DNA of 56,404 nt, counting the filler, from Dugesia japonica (taxonomy: Eukaryota): assembly GCA_001938525.1 (NCBI GenBank). It is 3 parts of 3 records of this genome, joined end to end, with 100 filler letters (N's around TTAATTAATTAA, not from the genome) between each part and the next. Parts side by side here need not be neighbours in the genome. Positions count along the whole stretch, not along the records: positions 1 to 30,317 come from MQRL01596848.1; positions 30,418 to 44,020 come from MQRL01630737.1; 1 more part is not named here. One strand, 5' to 3'. The position numbers and the translations under genes were made by a program. The notes beneath the pieces were generated by a model that worked only from the letters and a program-made list of their open reading frames with translations, made no database searches and was not told the DNA's origin. This document shows, piece by piece, positions 27,801 to 37,736 of the stretch (positions are counted from its first letter, which is position 1; each line of letters starts with the position of its first letter).

Positions 27801-29867
27801 CATGGATAAGGGAATGAATAAGTAGTCTTGTTTTTAGTAGGTCTGATCACTGAGCTGAAATAATATTTTATCCAGGCAGTTTTTTTTGTTTTTATCCGAT
27901 ACAAACAAGAGAAAAATGCTTGAATACAAATAAATTTTTTAATGACAATATCTGTCATATTAGTCTCGCAATTCATTTTTTATGTGCAACCATTTTTTAA
28001 TATAATTGAAAGGTGGAATAAGTGGATTGTATAAAATCAAGAGATATAAAGACAAAATAGATCAAGGTGTAAAAATAATCAAGAATAAGATATTTAATAT
28101 TAATTTATTATATCGATAAAACAAATGAAAAATATTTTAGAAGCTCAAAAATCTCACTAATTAATGTAATTTATACTTATATGCTGTCTTATTTTAGATT
28201 TCAAAGACATACACAACCAATTAAAATGTATNNNNNNNNNNNNNNNNNNNNNNNNNNNNNNNNNNNNNNNNNNNNNTAGTAAATGAAAAACAGCCTTCGA
28301 AATTTAAAAGTACTTAATTAAATTCTTAATGTCATACCAATATCATTAATATTTGTTTTACTATAGAACTTAAGAAAGGAGATAAAATTAGTAATTTCTT
28401 TTTATTTTCAATTTATAATTATTTTAGAATATTTACATTAAATTAAAATAAAATTTATTTTAATAAAAAAATTTCAGCATTAATAATATACTTTGTAAGA
28501 ACACGAAAAAATCAATATTATAAAGTTCTATTTATAATGTAATATTNGTCTTTTTCATTAATGAAAAATACAATCAATCAACTGACAAATCAATTTAACA
28601 AACATGTACAAATACAATCATATAAATCCAAACTCACATTACATTAATATCTTTCTTCATTTTTCTACATAAAAAGCAACTATTGACATAGGGCAATAAA
28701 TTGGAAATTTTAATTATAATTACATTATTATATTCCACTCTTCTTATCTGATTTTAACTATATTGTATATTATGAACTATTTTGTTCTATTATAACTAAT
28801 AAACTCAACTATTTTTAATGAAACTTATTATTTATTTCATATGAACCTTTCAACTTATGGTTCTGTTTATTTTTAATATTTTTAAATTCAAAGACAATTA
28901 CTCATCTTAAATAATCTGTATTTGATGTTCATTATTATAATGTTCATTTTATTAATATTTANAACATTATTTTTATTTTTATTCTATTCTTTTTGGTCTA
29001 GATTATTTCGTACATGTGCTCATCAATAATCTAATTAAACTTTCTTTCAATATGTTTGGTCGAATAAAATTACTTTTACAACAGAATTGTGTGACAAATC
29101 CATAATTACGGTTCTGAAATCATTTTATATTTATGCTCATTAATCATGTGATCTTAATATAATCGAAGCGTTGTTTCTCTAGTTTTTTTATTCCGGTGTC
29201 TACTATCCTTTTTAACTTTTAGTAGAAAAACCGATTTCCTTTAAGATTCTCTGATTGTATATTCTATGAGCCAAGGATCCTTTATTAAAGTATCTAAAGT
29301 AGTCTCTGTGATATTTCATATTTTTCCTCTAACTTTAGTAAATCTAGGAATTGAGAGAGCATTTATATTCATTCATTCATGTTTCGTTTTTCGAGAATTT
29401 CTTTTTGTGTATTTCGATATATTGAGAATCAAAAAACTAAAGTTTTAAATCACAAGATTTATAATCTCAAAATTAGAGAAATATCTCGAGATTTTCGAGA
29501 AAGAATTTCTCGAGCAGAAACTCTAGGCATATAGTTTGATTCTTTCTCTTTCTCCAAGTTTCTAGAATAAAAAGAGCTACACTTTATTGCGAAAATGCCA
29601 GATTGCACCTAGCTAAAGTAGTGTCGCTAGTAATAAAAATCTAGTAACCCACGTATAAACTTAATCTGTTGTAATATTTAGCTGTTAGAATCAATTTTAG
29701 AAATAAGAGACACTAAAAAAATAATTTTTATATCTAATTTTATTTTTACTTCAGATGTTGCTCGAGCAGGTCGAGATTTTCGAAGTCAGTTTTTTTTATT
29801 TTCACTATAAATTGTACAATTTCTGTTGATTTAGAATGTGATGGTGAAGATATGATAAATAATTTAC
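5053..29867 (+). CDS. Candidate micro-exon gene: at least 14 symmetric phase-1 micro-exons, first and last exons not identified
   Basis: Exons 5053-5073, 5124-5156, 15197-15220, 15276-15308, 15391-15414, 15798-15830, 15882-15914, 18096-18113, 27024-27041, 28198-28227, 28280-28309, 28367-28390, 29755-29784, 29835-29867 join to xHTTNIP-YNDGDKAYFGP-DGTVPVYP-MQDKNKVFTIP-NSPLLHIA-NQVAPAIPVVK-NCKFNHTINYE-NKLVGL-GYVTPT-HFKDIHNQLK-LNEKQPSKFK-KLKKGDKI-NVARAGRDFR-KCDGEDMINNL. Confidence 0.65.
5124..5156 (+). CDS. Micro-exon, 33 nt, phase 1 (xNDGDKAYFGP)
   Basis: tactgtAG|...ctg|GTaatt; GC higher than flanks. Confidence 0.7.
5413..6245 (+). mobile_element. Decayed mariner transposon (5' part)
   Basis: EQKVVIKFNAKLGKSESETFQLM; KFVPRSL; IVTRDETQCFQ*DPKTK (first catalytic D motif, normally TGDETW). 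Confidence 0.85.
6250..9640 (+). mobile_element. Decayed Ty3/Gypsy internal region (gag-PR-RT-RNaseH-IN)
   Basis: SPWNSPLVIVGKKDGSI*MCVDYRQ; RMPFGL; PEKCRF..VLFLGH; ILDTGASFGAVGAVLSQ; GTDHK; YRKGEEHNNADGLSR; integrase SSPYLHQSN; GPY/F-like GLYQI. Confidence 0.92.
9645..10835 (-). mobile_element. Penelope-like retroelement fragment (RT plus GIY-YIG)
   Basis: AMDSPL..LASIFL, YKRYVD(Q)VF, LNSLHPNIRFT, EIYRKKSDTG (10194-10631); NLVYQFKCNGCDATYIGETARHLCTRVQEH (9702-9962). Confidence 0.93.
10818..10856. repeat. Three-copy 13/14-bp microduplication (GACACCATAACTT) at the Penelope 5' truncation
   Basis: gacaccataactt gacaccataactta gacaccataaac. Confidence 0.7.
12651..14897 (+). mobile_element. hAT DNA transposon, decayed transposase
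   Basis: BED finger VWLYF..AKCKKC..GSTSGLHTH..NH; CITTDGASVM; CIVHSIQL; LDSKTRWSN; PTSVESERGFS dimerization motif; subterminal ATACCGGT repeats; right end GGGATGCACTA. Confidence 0.92.
15197..15220 (+). CDS. Micro-exon, 24 nt, phase 1 (xGTVPVYP)
   Basis: ttttAG|...|GTataa; 55-nt intron to the next exon. Confidence 0.65.
15276..15308 (+). CDS. Micro-exon, 33 nt (27 nt from an alternative in-frame acceptor at 15282), phase 1 (xQDKNKVFTIP)
   Basis: aaattAG|...|GTaata. Confidence 0.55.
15391..15414 (+). CDS. Micro-exon, 24 nt, phase 1 (xSPLLHIA)
   Basis: aatttAG|...|GTtcga (weak donor). Confidence 0.5.
15798..15830 (+). CDS. Micro-exon, 33 nt, phase 1 (xQVAPAIPVVK)
   Basis: aattcAG|...|GTataa; 51-nt intron to the next exon; GC higher than flanks. 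Confidence 0.7.
15882..15914 (+). CDS. Micro-exon, 33 nt, phase 1 (xCKFNHTINYE)
   Basis: cttttAG|...|GTataa; open in phase 1, stop in phase 0. Confidence 0.6.
18096..18113 (+). CDS. Micro-exon, 18 nt, phase 1 (xKLVGL)
   Basis: ttttAG|acaaattagtcggtctag|GTAAGT consensus donor. Confidence 0.7.
18598..18836. repeat. (AAT)n microsatellite spanning a gap
   Basis: Seen directly. Confidence 0.97.
18954..20782. repeat. Two diverged copies of one repeat family in inverted orientation (arms 18954-19065/20672-20782 and ~19714-19825/20262-20370)
   Basis: gctatatcgaaaaacgtgatcgttttaaa... vs reverse complement gctatatcgaaaaaatgatcgtttttaaa...; aaaactataaacataaatttgcttttttcaaacaaattt is matched on both strands. 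Confidence 0.75.
19070..19530 (-). mobile_element. Tc1/mariner transposase C-terminal remnant
   Basis: KSVKLLRQPPYSPDIN (YSPDL-type motif). Confidence 0.7.
21318..22540 (+). mobile_element. Decayed pogo/Tigger-like DDE transposase
   Basis: QVINADRTTLF(W)K (normally QVFNADETGLFWK); WMANKKAWI; LQHKNVTLVFL; many stops. Confidence 0.7.
22740..25805 (-). mobile_element. Decayed Ty3/Gypsy internal region
   Basis: Integrase TDSGKNFES..SYPYQHQSNGLVERVMRTIRDM; RDFKIGDKVLVK; RT FSTIDLGQAFYQV, TFQKLIHELL..VLVYLEDIMVYS; gag remnant at 25250-25800. Confidence 0.9.
27024..27041 (+). CDS. Micro-exon, 18 nt, phase 1 (xYVTPT)
   Basis: ttcctattgtAG|ggtatgtaaccccaactc|GTaata. Confidence 0.55.
28198..28227 (+). 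CDS. Micro-exon, 30 nt, phase 1 (xFKDIHNQLK)
   Basis: tattttAG|...|GTat, then a gap. Confidence 0.6.
28280..28309 (+). CDS. Micro-exon, 30 nt, phase 1 (xNEKQPSKFK)
   Basis: (gap)tAG|...|GTactt; 57-nt intron to the next exon. Confidence 0.55.
28367..28390 (+). CDS. Micro-exon, 24 nt, phase 1 (xLKKGDKI)
   Basis: ttactatAG|...|GTaatt. Confidence 0.6.
29755..29784 (+). CDS. Micro-exon, 30 nt, phase 1 (xVARAGRDFR); an internal alternative donor gives an in-frame 15-nt form
   Basis: tttttacttcAG|...|GTcagt; 50-nt intron to the next exon. Confidence 0.72.
29835..29867 (+). CDS. Micro-exon, 33 nt, phase 1 (xCDGEDMINNL)
   Basis: gatttAG|...|GTatgt. Confidence 0.72.
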
Positions 29868-30317
29868 GTATGTATTTGTAAATTTTATAAATAAATTTAA
29901 TTTAAATATTGAAATTATGATAATAAATTTGTTTTCAATTTTATATTATTTAAAATTGAAATTCTGATTTATACATTCTTAATAATATTGTAAAGAAGTG
30001 CAAAAATTTTGAATTTCTTTTTTTTACAAATTTTAGATAGATAATTTCCAAAATACTCCACGAAACTTCTAATTACTTATTAAAGACAGAGCACCATCAG
30101 TAACGCAAACCATCTTATATTTTAGAGGAATTTTATTTCTCTAAGTAACAACTTCTTTTTTACTTCTTGCCAATATAAATATATAAAGATAAAGAACAAA
30201 CATTTTTTGTTCTCCATTTGGTTAATACCTGCCTTTGTTCATCTTTAGACATTTTATAAATGGAATAAGGTAATGATACATTTTTAAGCAAGCTTGATAT
30301 TTGGGTTCCCCATGAAC

Positions 30318-30417
30318 NNNNNNNNNNNNNNNNNNNNNNNNNNNNNNNNNNNNNNNNNNNNTTAATTAATTAANNNNNNNNNNNNNNNNNNNNNNNNNNN
30401 NNNNNNNNNNNNNNNNN
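30318..30417. other. Artificial scaffold-joining spacer (N44-TTAATTAATTAA-N44)
   Basis: Six-frame stop 12-mer centred in exactly 100 nt; identical to 44021-44120. Confidence 0.95.
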
Positions 30418-31792
30418 GCTAATTAGCGTTCGATATTATTATAAAAATAATTAAATCTGGTCCAGTCACTAGTTAGTTTGGATTTTCCAAAATCCAAACT
30501 AACGAGAATTCATGCATTTACATTGGTGATTCAACAAAGGCCACCAGCACGACAACGCGAATTTCGTTTTCCAAATTCGTTGTCAATCATCTATACACCA
30601 CAACTTCGGATTGTAGTATAAGGCGAAGAAAATTCAGAACAAAACCAGAACAAGGAGTAACCAATGAGGAAACGAGATTGTAGAAAAATCAAAAATGATT
30701 GGCCAGTAGTGGTGTCTCAACAATCAGACATTCAATTTAGGCAGAATAAAATTACGATGCAAAAAAATCAAGAAACACAATTTCTGACATTTTAATTTTA
30801 AAAACGCTGTTTGAACAATTATTAAATATTTTAAACACTATTGAAAGAAAATTTTTTAAACGAAATTTTAAACTCGGCTCAACGCAAAAACTCTTTAACA
30901 ATTTGTTCCAGCTTAATTTTAATTTACCAGAAGAGGGAAATTTTGAAAGTTTATAGCAACCAACATTTGTAAGCCATCTGAACAATTTTAATCGAACAAA
31001 GTAAGGATTTGGTTACATTTTTATATCGATGCATTATATGAAATTAATTTAAAATTTTTTTTTAACAAAATAAAATCATGACCGAGTGCCAACCTGGGAA
31101 GCTGGTAGTGAAATCAAAATGAGATGAAAGTTAATGATGAGAAAAGTTTATTTTTTTGTGTGGCTCGTAATTATGTATGGGGAGTGTACGGGAATTCAGA
31201 GGAATTCGCCCAGTAGAAATTATTCGTAGAGCGAGAGAGTCGATACTGAGAGTAATACTAAATGGAGGTCTGTCAGATTTCAGTGGGTGTAAAACTTCCA
31301 GTAAAATTTTTCTGATTTCTGATGTGATTATTGTGTAATTGATTATAATTTAATTGTGGAAAAGGTTTTGGTTTTATTGTCCCAAGCAATAATAATATCT
31401 AATAAAAATTATAAACATTATTCAGATTTTATTTTTATTTTATTTATTATTAATTATGTTATATAATCATTTTCTTTTTATTTATATATTTTAGTTATTA
31501 ATAGTAATGTGTTATAAAAAATAAATGGAACCGCCATGATTTTAGTATTGAGGAGTGATCCACAGGACGAATGGTAGTGGGAACGAGGAAAGATATCTGT
31601 TGCCAGCGGGTATCTTCCCTGGTTCGTACTACGGGATGTGAGAGATAGTAATAGATTGTAGGTCGATGTAAATTGAACAAATTCTGAGAAAATTACCAAT
31701 CTGATCTTATGATTATAAATTTGTCATTATTAGCTTTATAATGTCCGCATCGTAGGTGGAGTAAAATATTAACAGTTTTATATTTCTAATAG

Positions 31793-32182
31793 ATGACTAA
31801 AGGCAGGAGAAATCTGAAAAGGCCCCGCTACATTTGGCCATACATCGACACGGATGGCCGGTATTATATCGAATGGGCGGAGGTCCAAGATATGATTCGG
31901 GCGGAGAAGATATCGCTGAAAGAAGAAGTGGATGAGTTGAGAGCGGATCTTGAGACCGCCAACTTACATATCACCATTCTCGCTGCGAACAACGAACTCC
32001 ACAGGGCGCAACGGGATCGATTTATGGCGGTCCTCGAGGAGACCGAGTTGACAGCTGCAACCGAGGATATTCAACCGCCGGAGCCGGAAGTGAACGATGA
32101 GAATGAACAAGCCGAGCGAGAGGAAAGTGACATCATGCGGCTATTGCTGGGCCTGAGTGGTGCTGGCATGGCCGAGTTGTAA
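31793..32182 (+). CDS. Orphan 129-aa ORF: basic N-terminus, coiled-coil, acidic tail; probably an accessory gene of a mobile element
   Basis: Intact GC-rich ORF in AT-rich DNA; heptad-like ISLKEEVDELRADLETANLHITILAANNE; ATG directly after the splice acceptor tttctaatAG; AATAAA just after the stop. Confidence 0.7.
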   Translation: MTKGRRNLKRPRYIWPYIDTDGRYYIEWAEVQDMIRAEKISLKEEVDELRADLETANLHITILAANNELHRAQRDRFMAVLEETELTAATEDIQPPEPEVNDENEQAEREESDIMRLLLGLSGAGMAEL

Positions 32183-32620
32183 TATAAAATAAAATTGTGA
32201 GTCGTATAAAATTGGTTGTTGGATTTTGTGTTATATTCGGTTTAAATCGTTTGGAATGGGATATGTACGTCCTGACAATCTGCAAAGGCAGTGTTGAATC
32301 AGTTAGAATTCAATTTTAATAATATTAAATAAGAATAGAATTATTTAATAATTCATAGATAATGATATATATTTAAATTTAATTCATTGGAGGAGTTGGA
32401 CTTGGATTGTTGATATTTGTTTTTATTTGGTATCGATAAAAGTGTATTATGGAGATTTACATTAATTTTAAGATTCTAAAGCATTTAGATAGCCAGGAAT
32501 TCCAATTTATCAGTTGCTATTGTGCAGAACATTGGGCAATGATTTGCTCGATTTAAAATTATATCGCCAACAAATAATGAGCCAAGGCGGGTGTTAGAAA
32601 TTGGGAAGCAGAAACGTAAG

Positions 32621-32730
32621 ACGCGATACCACAAAGTCGCGCTGAACCCGCGGAAAGAGGGGCATGTCACAGAGGTGACTAAATGCTTGTGGTTTTTAGG
32701 TATGCCCCTAGACGAAANNNNTCAGGTTTA
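32621..32730 (+). other. GC-rich multi-hairpin element downstream of the orphan ORF
   Basis: CGCGAT/GTCGCG hairpin; AGGGGCAT (32658-65) pairs with ATGCCCCT (32702-09), enclosing a GTCAC-agag-GTGAC hairpin. Confidence 0.55.
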
Positions 32731-32822
32731 TTAAGTGATGGGAACAACTAGATAAAAAGAGATGGATATTAAAATCAGATATTCGAAATCCTAAAAAACC
32801 CAACATATATATTATATATTAT

Positions 32823-33231
32823 ACCACACCCTCCATATTCTCCTGACATTTCGCCAAGTGATTACCATATTTGGCTCTTAACAACTTTATGAGGCATAGG
32901 CAGTTTGAAACTCGAGTTGAGGTAATAAATGCAGTCCGTCAATTNNNNNNNNNNNNNNNNNNNNNNNNNNNNNNNNNNNNNNNNNNNNNNNNNNTTTATG
33001 AGGCATAGGCAGTTTGAAACTCGAGTTGAGGTAATAAATGCAGTCCGTCAATTTTTTGAATAAAAATCCGTGGATTTCTATAAAACTGGCATACGAAAAT
33101 TGGTATCACGTTGGAAAAAGGTCATTGAGTGTGATGATAACTATTTCGATGAATAAAAGTGTGTTACTGTTTTCTTAATAAAATCTTATATTTTATCATA
33201 AAAAACGCACGAACTTTTTTGGTAACCTGAT
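32823..33231 (+). mobile_element. Mariner transposase 3' end plus right TIR
   Basis: HPPYSPDISPSDYH; GIRKLVSRWKKVIECDDNYFDE*; TIR-like AAAACGCACGAACTTTTTTGGTAACCTGATA. Confidence 0.9.
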
Positions 33232-33271
33232 ATTAATACTAATGTAAATAATAATGGCAAAATTATTTTAT

Positions 33272-33600
33272 TTAGTGAGAAGTTTGTTGTTTATTAGAGG
33301 ATAATTTTTCCTCCATGCGAGGTTCATAGTGAGTATTATTTAATATTACACATACGAGATATATTTCTTTGCTAAATCGGTTGCTTTGTGTAGATTTAAT
33401 AAAATTCATACAAGAAAACAATTGCTCACACGCATATGATGATCCAAACATAGTTAATAATGCAGTTGATAATTTTTTCATTGCANNNNNNNNNNNNNNN
33501 NNNNNNNNNNNNNNNNNNNNNNNNNNNNNNNNNNNCGGTAAAGAATTCCATTCTTCTAGTATGAATTTTCAGTTCAATCTTTTACTGATTTATTCTCAGT
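33272..33600 (-). mobile_element. hAT (GTF2IRD2/SPIN-like) transposase C-terminal remnant
   Basis: LLTMFGSSYACEQLFSCMNFIKS...NR. Confidence 0.8.
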
Positions 33601-34724
33601 AGAAATTTTTACATGTCTTTATTTTTAATTTAGTAATTAGTTCTTCAAAGTATTTTCGCCAACTAAATAAATTTAGATCTAGTCTACATTAGACGATCTC
33701 ATCAAGAATATGCCCCCCGGGCGGGCTGCCTTCCCCGCCACCCATAGGTACGCCACTGATTATACACTGTATATTACCAAAAAACATCTAAAATTTTTAT
33801 AGATTCCAGAAAAAAAATTATATTTTGGTGTGAAGCAGACTAAAAACGTTTGAGAGACACTGTTCTAGATTCTAGAACTTTATTAAAATTTAAAATCTCT
33901 GGCGGCACACAGTTTGCGAGACATTTTATTAGGTTATTGGAAATTGCTAATTCTTATTTTGAAATAATATTATGTCATACATAAGCATTTAAATTAGTAA
34001 TTAAAATTTGTAAGATAATTAAACGATTTTAAAATTTTTAAATTAATTTAATTTTAAAAAATATTTAATGAATGTTTTATTATGATTTTCTCAGATAAAT
34101 TTTCAAGAACTAAAATTATTTTATTAATAAATCTTTATCGAAAACTTAGATAATATTATAATAAATTATGGTACTGGTGTTCATCACATGTTGTTTAGTG
34201 TTGTTAAAACGTGAAATAATAATAATAATAATAAATACAATCATAAAAATTATTAATAATATAATAATAACAATAATATTAATAATAAAAATAATTATTA
34301 TTATCATTAATTTTATTAATAGAAGCAGATCACACATACTCATTCATTAAAGACTCAATCAAAATTTTTAATATTTATTCCAAACAAAATTTAGTAATTA
34401 TTTTGTGAATTTCTCAAAAAATTAGTCTCGAGTTATATTTGAATGTCTATTCGGCTGAAATAAATAAATACAAGAAAAACCTATTTAATCCAATTACAAA
34501 TATTTAATTAAAATTTATTTTATTATAAAATTACTAATTACACGTTTCCATTTATTTTAAGTAATTCTATCAAAATATAAAGATTTAAACAACTACTTGT
34601 TTCTCTTTTATAATTAATTTCTCATTAATTTATAAACTTTAAACTTAAAAATATTAATTTACTTATCGTGACAATAATAATATCAATAACAACAAAAATT
34701 ATGTTAATAATAATAATAATAATT

Positions 34725-34755
<31 letters not shown>

Positions 34756-36699
34756 TAAGGAAATAAATAATAATTGATAATTTCAGCCAATAAAAAGCAA
34801 TTAAAATAATTATTTAATTTATTTCTATTCACGTTAAGATATTTAATCAGTTATCTGTTTTAATAGTTAAATAAATTATGTCTAAAATATTAGTTGTGAT
34901 TTGAGAAATAAATTATCAATTGAAGATTTATCTAATAAAAATAATAAAAATAATAATAATAATAATAATAAACAACTATATCAACTATTTAATTAATTAA
35001 TTGATTAAATAAAAATGTGACTAAAATTGAATAGTACCTGTATATTTTGATATGTTTGCAGGTTTAAGTATAAATCACTAGAAATTGTTGGCAATATTTT
35101 TAGAGAAATTAATTGAATAAATATTTATATTTATGTTTAGAATCTGTTCTGAAACCTCGTTAAAAAATCTTAATGCAACAAATGAGGAAATTAATATATT
35201 TATTGACATCAAAGTAAAACATGAAAGTTCGAATGAGGGCGATAATAATATCTACTGCAAAAAGAATTTAAGAGTTTCTTATTAATAAATAAAATAACGA
35301 ATTGTGGTTCGATGTAAAGGTGTTAATAGTAGAATTTTCACATATCACCTTACTATTCATATCAACCACACTATCACCATAGTAAATGTCATGTTGAGAT
35401 TTTAGTATTCTTCATTGCTCTTATTTTCATAATAATAATACAAAGCAATTACGACGTTCAGTTTCGAAATGTAATTTTAAAACGAAAAATGAAAATAACT
35501 CAGTAATGTCCATATCTAAAACTTAATTATTATTTTCATATATTTACTGGATTTTTTTTATTACAAAAATTTATTTCGTTCAAATTATTTTTACAGGGAT
35601 ATTCTATATACAATATCCTGCTAGATCGCAGACAAGAGCATATTGATCCAAGAAAATAAAACAGAAAATGATTATGTTGTGGAACAAAAAAATATATACA
35701 AATTTTATTTATTTAGAAATGATCTTAGGAATTTTGATCACTGTTTGTCGTGGATTGTTGCATCATGCCCCAGTCAATGAAGACTTCTTTTTCGTTGTTG
35801 ATTGCACTTCTTCTTTTTCCATGATTAGTTCTTTGTTTATTTTTATTAGTTCACCATAGCTGGCATTAGAATTAGCTGCATTGAAAGTATTTTGCCTTCT
35901 CCACTTATGTGCACACCAGTATATGTTTGATGCAATACACTTGTGTTTCATGTCAAATAGATTCTTCTTGGAGAAGTCTAGTTTTTTGAGTATGAAGTGT
36001 TTTATTGAAAATTAGATGTACTTTATTTTAAAAGCTAAAATAACCTTGGTAAAGACAAAGTTGCATTTATTTCAGAAAAAAATTACAATGAAAATTTTCT
36101 ATAAAATTTGAATAACTAATATCAAAAACATTTTAATAGGGGTCCAAAAGAAAATCTGGAAATTCCAGTACAAAATAAATAGCAAAATAAAACAAATTTC
36201 ATAATGTTTAGATTTTATAATATCAGAAAAATACTTTTAATAAACTTCACTGCTACAAAATATTTAATTTAGATTTGACAAGTTTCAACATGTTTGTTTA
36301 CAAATCAAAATTTTGATNNNNNNNNNNNNNNNNNNATCAATGGAATGAATAAATAGTTTCATATTTTACTTTGAAAATAAGATCTCTAATAAATAATGTT
36401 AATAAATAGTGTTAACAGAATAGTCAACAAATAGGAATAGTAAATATTAATTCATAACAAACATACTTTTATGTTAAAATAATTTTAAACATCACTTCCG
36501 CTTTAACTCCAAATATTTGTTGGTATAAATGAATATCGGATCCTAATGTGACTACCAGTTCTTGATATTTACACTTCAACTTTCATATTTTTAATTTTAC
36601 ATATCAAGGGTGGGAAACGTTTTTTTGGGTCTGTTATCAAATTTTTATTCTTTTGATTAGAAATCTACTTATTTTAGTTTATAGATTTCGATGTAATTC

Positions 36700-37100
36700 A
36701 TTTATGAAACTGCTCAATCAGAAGTTATTTTAAACTGACGATATACATATTTAAAAAAAACGAATGGTTGTGTTTTACTTTTACAAAAAAAACTACAGTT
36801 ATTCCCCGATAAAACGTTCTCCTCTATAACGTAATAATTCTTGAAAAATAGAAACAGTTAAAATGTTGCTCATTTTATTGTAATTAATTATTATTGGGAA
36901 AGAATTATGAGGCATTGATAATTAGATTGATTGTTCCAAAAATGTTCAGACAGGTCTTTCTAGGTCTTTATTGAATGTTTTTAATTAATTTGATTAGTTG
37001 AAGGGATTACGTTATTGGTTTNNNNNNNNNNNNNNNNNNNNNNNNNNNNNNAAAAATTATACTTGAAAATGACAGATAATCTACCGAAACATGTTGCAAA
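36700..37100 (+). mobile_element. Highly decayed Penelope-like 3' end with a degenerate hammerhead
   Basis: 36890-36955 resembles the GIY-YIG tail at 3120-3190; TTGAAAA-TGACAGATAATCTACC-GAAACATGTT at 37063-37095. Confidence 0.4.
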
Positions 37101-37736
37101 AATATTTAGAAATGGCGTTTAAAATTGTTTATATTATTTTATTATACATTAATATTAATTCAGGAAATTTTAGAATTTCTTACAATTTGTAAAATAAAAT
37201 TTTTTTTAAAATTAAAAATTGTTTAATATGATTTAAGATTTTAATATTTAAATGAATAAATATTAATGTATATTATTTATTACAATTTTTAAAATATAAA
37301 TTTTTATTTTTTATATTTTAAATTTTCCTTAAAATAAAGTAATAGCTTCGATCTAATTAAATTGTTGTTTTATAGATATTCAAATTTTCGACAATTTTCA
37401 TCTTCGGGAATATCTTCAGGATAGTTCATTAAATTAATAATTAAAATATTTATTCTACTAATTTAATAAAATTAAATATTATTTGTATTGAAAGGTTAAA
37501 ATCGTATTTTAAATTAATAAAATAGAATAAAATTACAAAAAGTATGATTTTAATAATAATGATAGTAAGAATTTGCAGTAAAGTATATTTTTTAAATTGT
37601 ATAATTTGTATTAGAATTAATTGGTATTTTAATTAAACCGAATTGATGTTATTTTTATAATAATTTTTAAATTAGAAAAACGGTTTTTGTTTGGAGTTTG
37701 TTTAAAAACAAGTTAGGCATTGTAAATTTATTATTA

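Noticed and set aside
30362-30373. TTAATTAATTAA palindrome inside N-runs (also 44065-44076)
   Set aside because: Artificial six-frame-stop linker; features on either side are not physically linked
34146-34350. Ile-rich hydrophobic ORFs on both strands
   Set aside because: Produced by degenerate (AAT/ATT)n low-complexity sequence
35141-35660. Possible small host gene (ICSETSLKNLNATNEE...; GYSIYNILLDRRQEHIDPRK*)
   Set aside because: Three in-frame stops at ~35283-35297 and no consistent splice model
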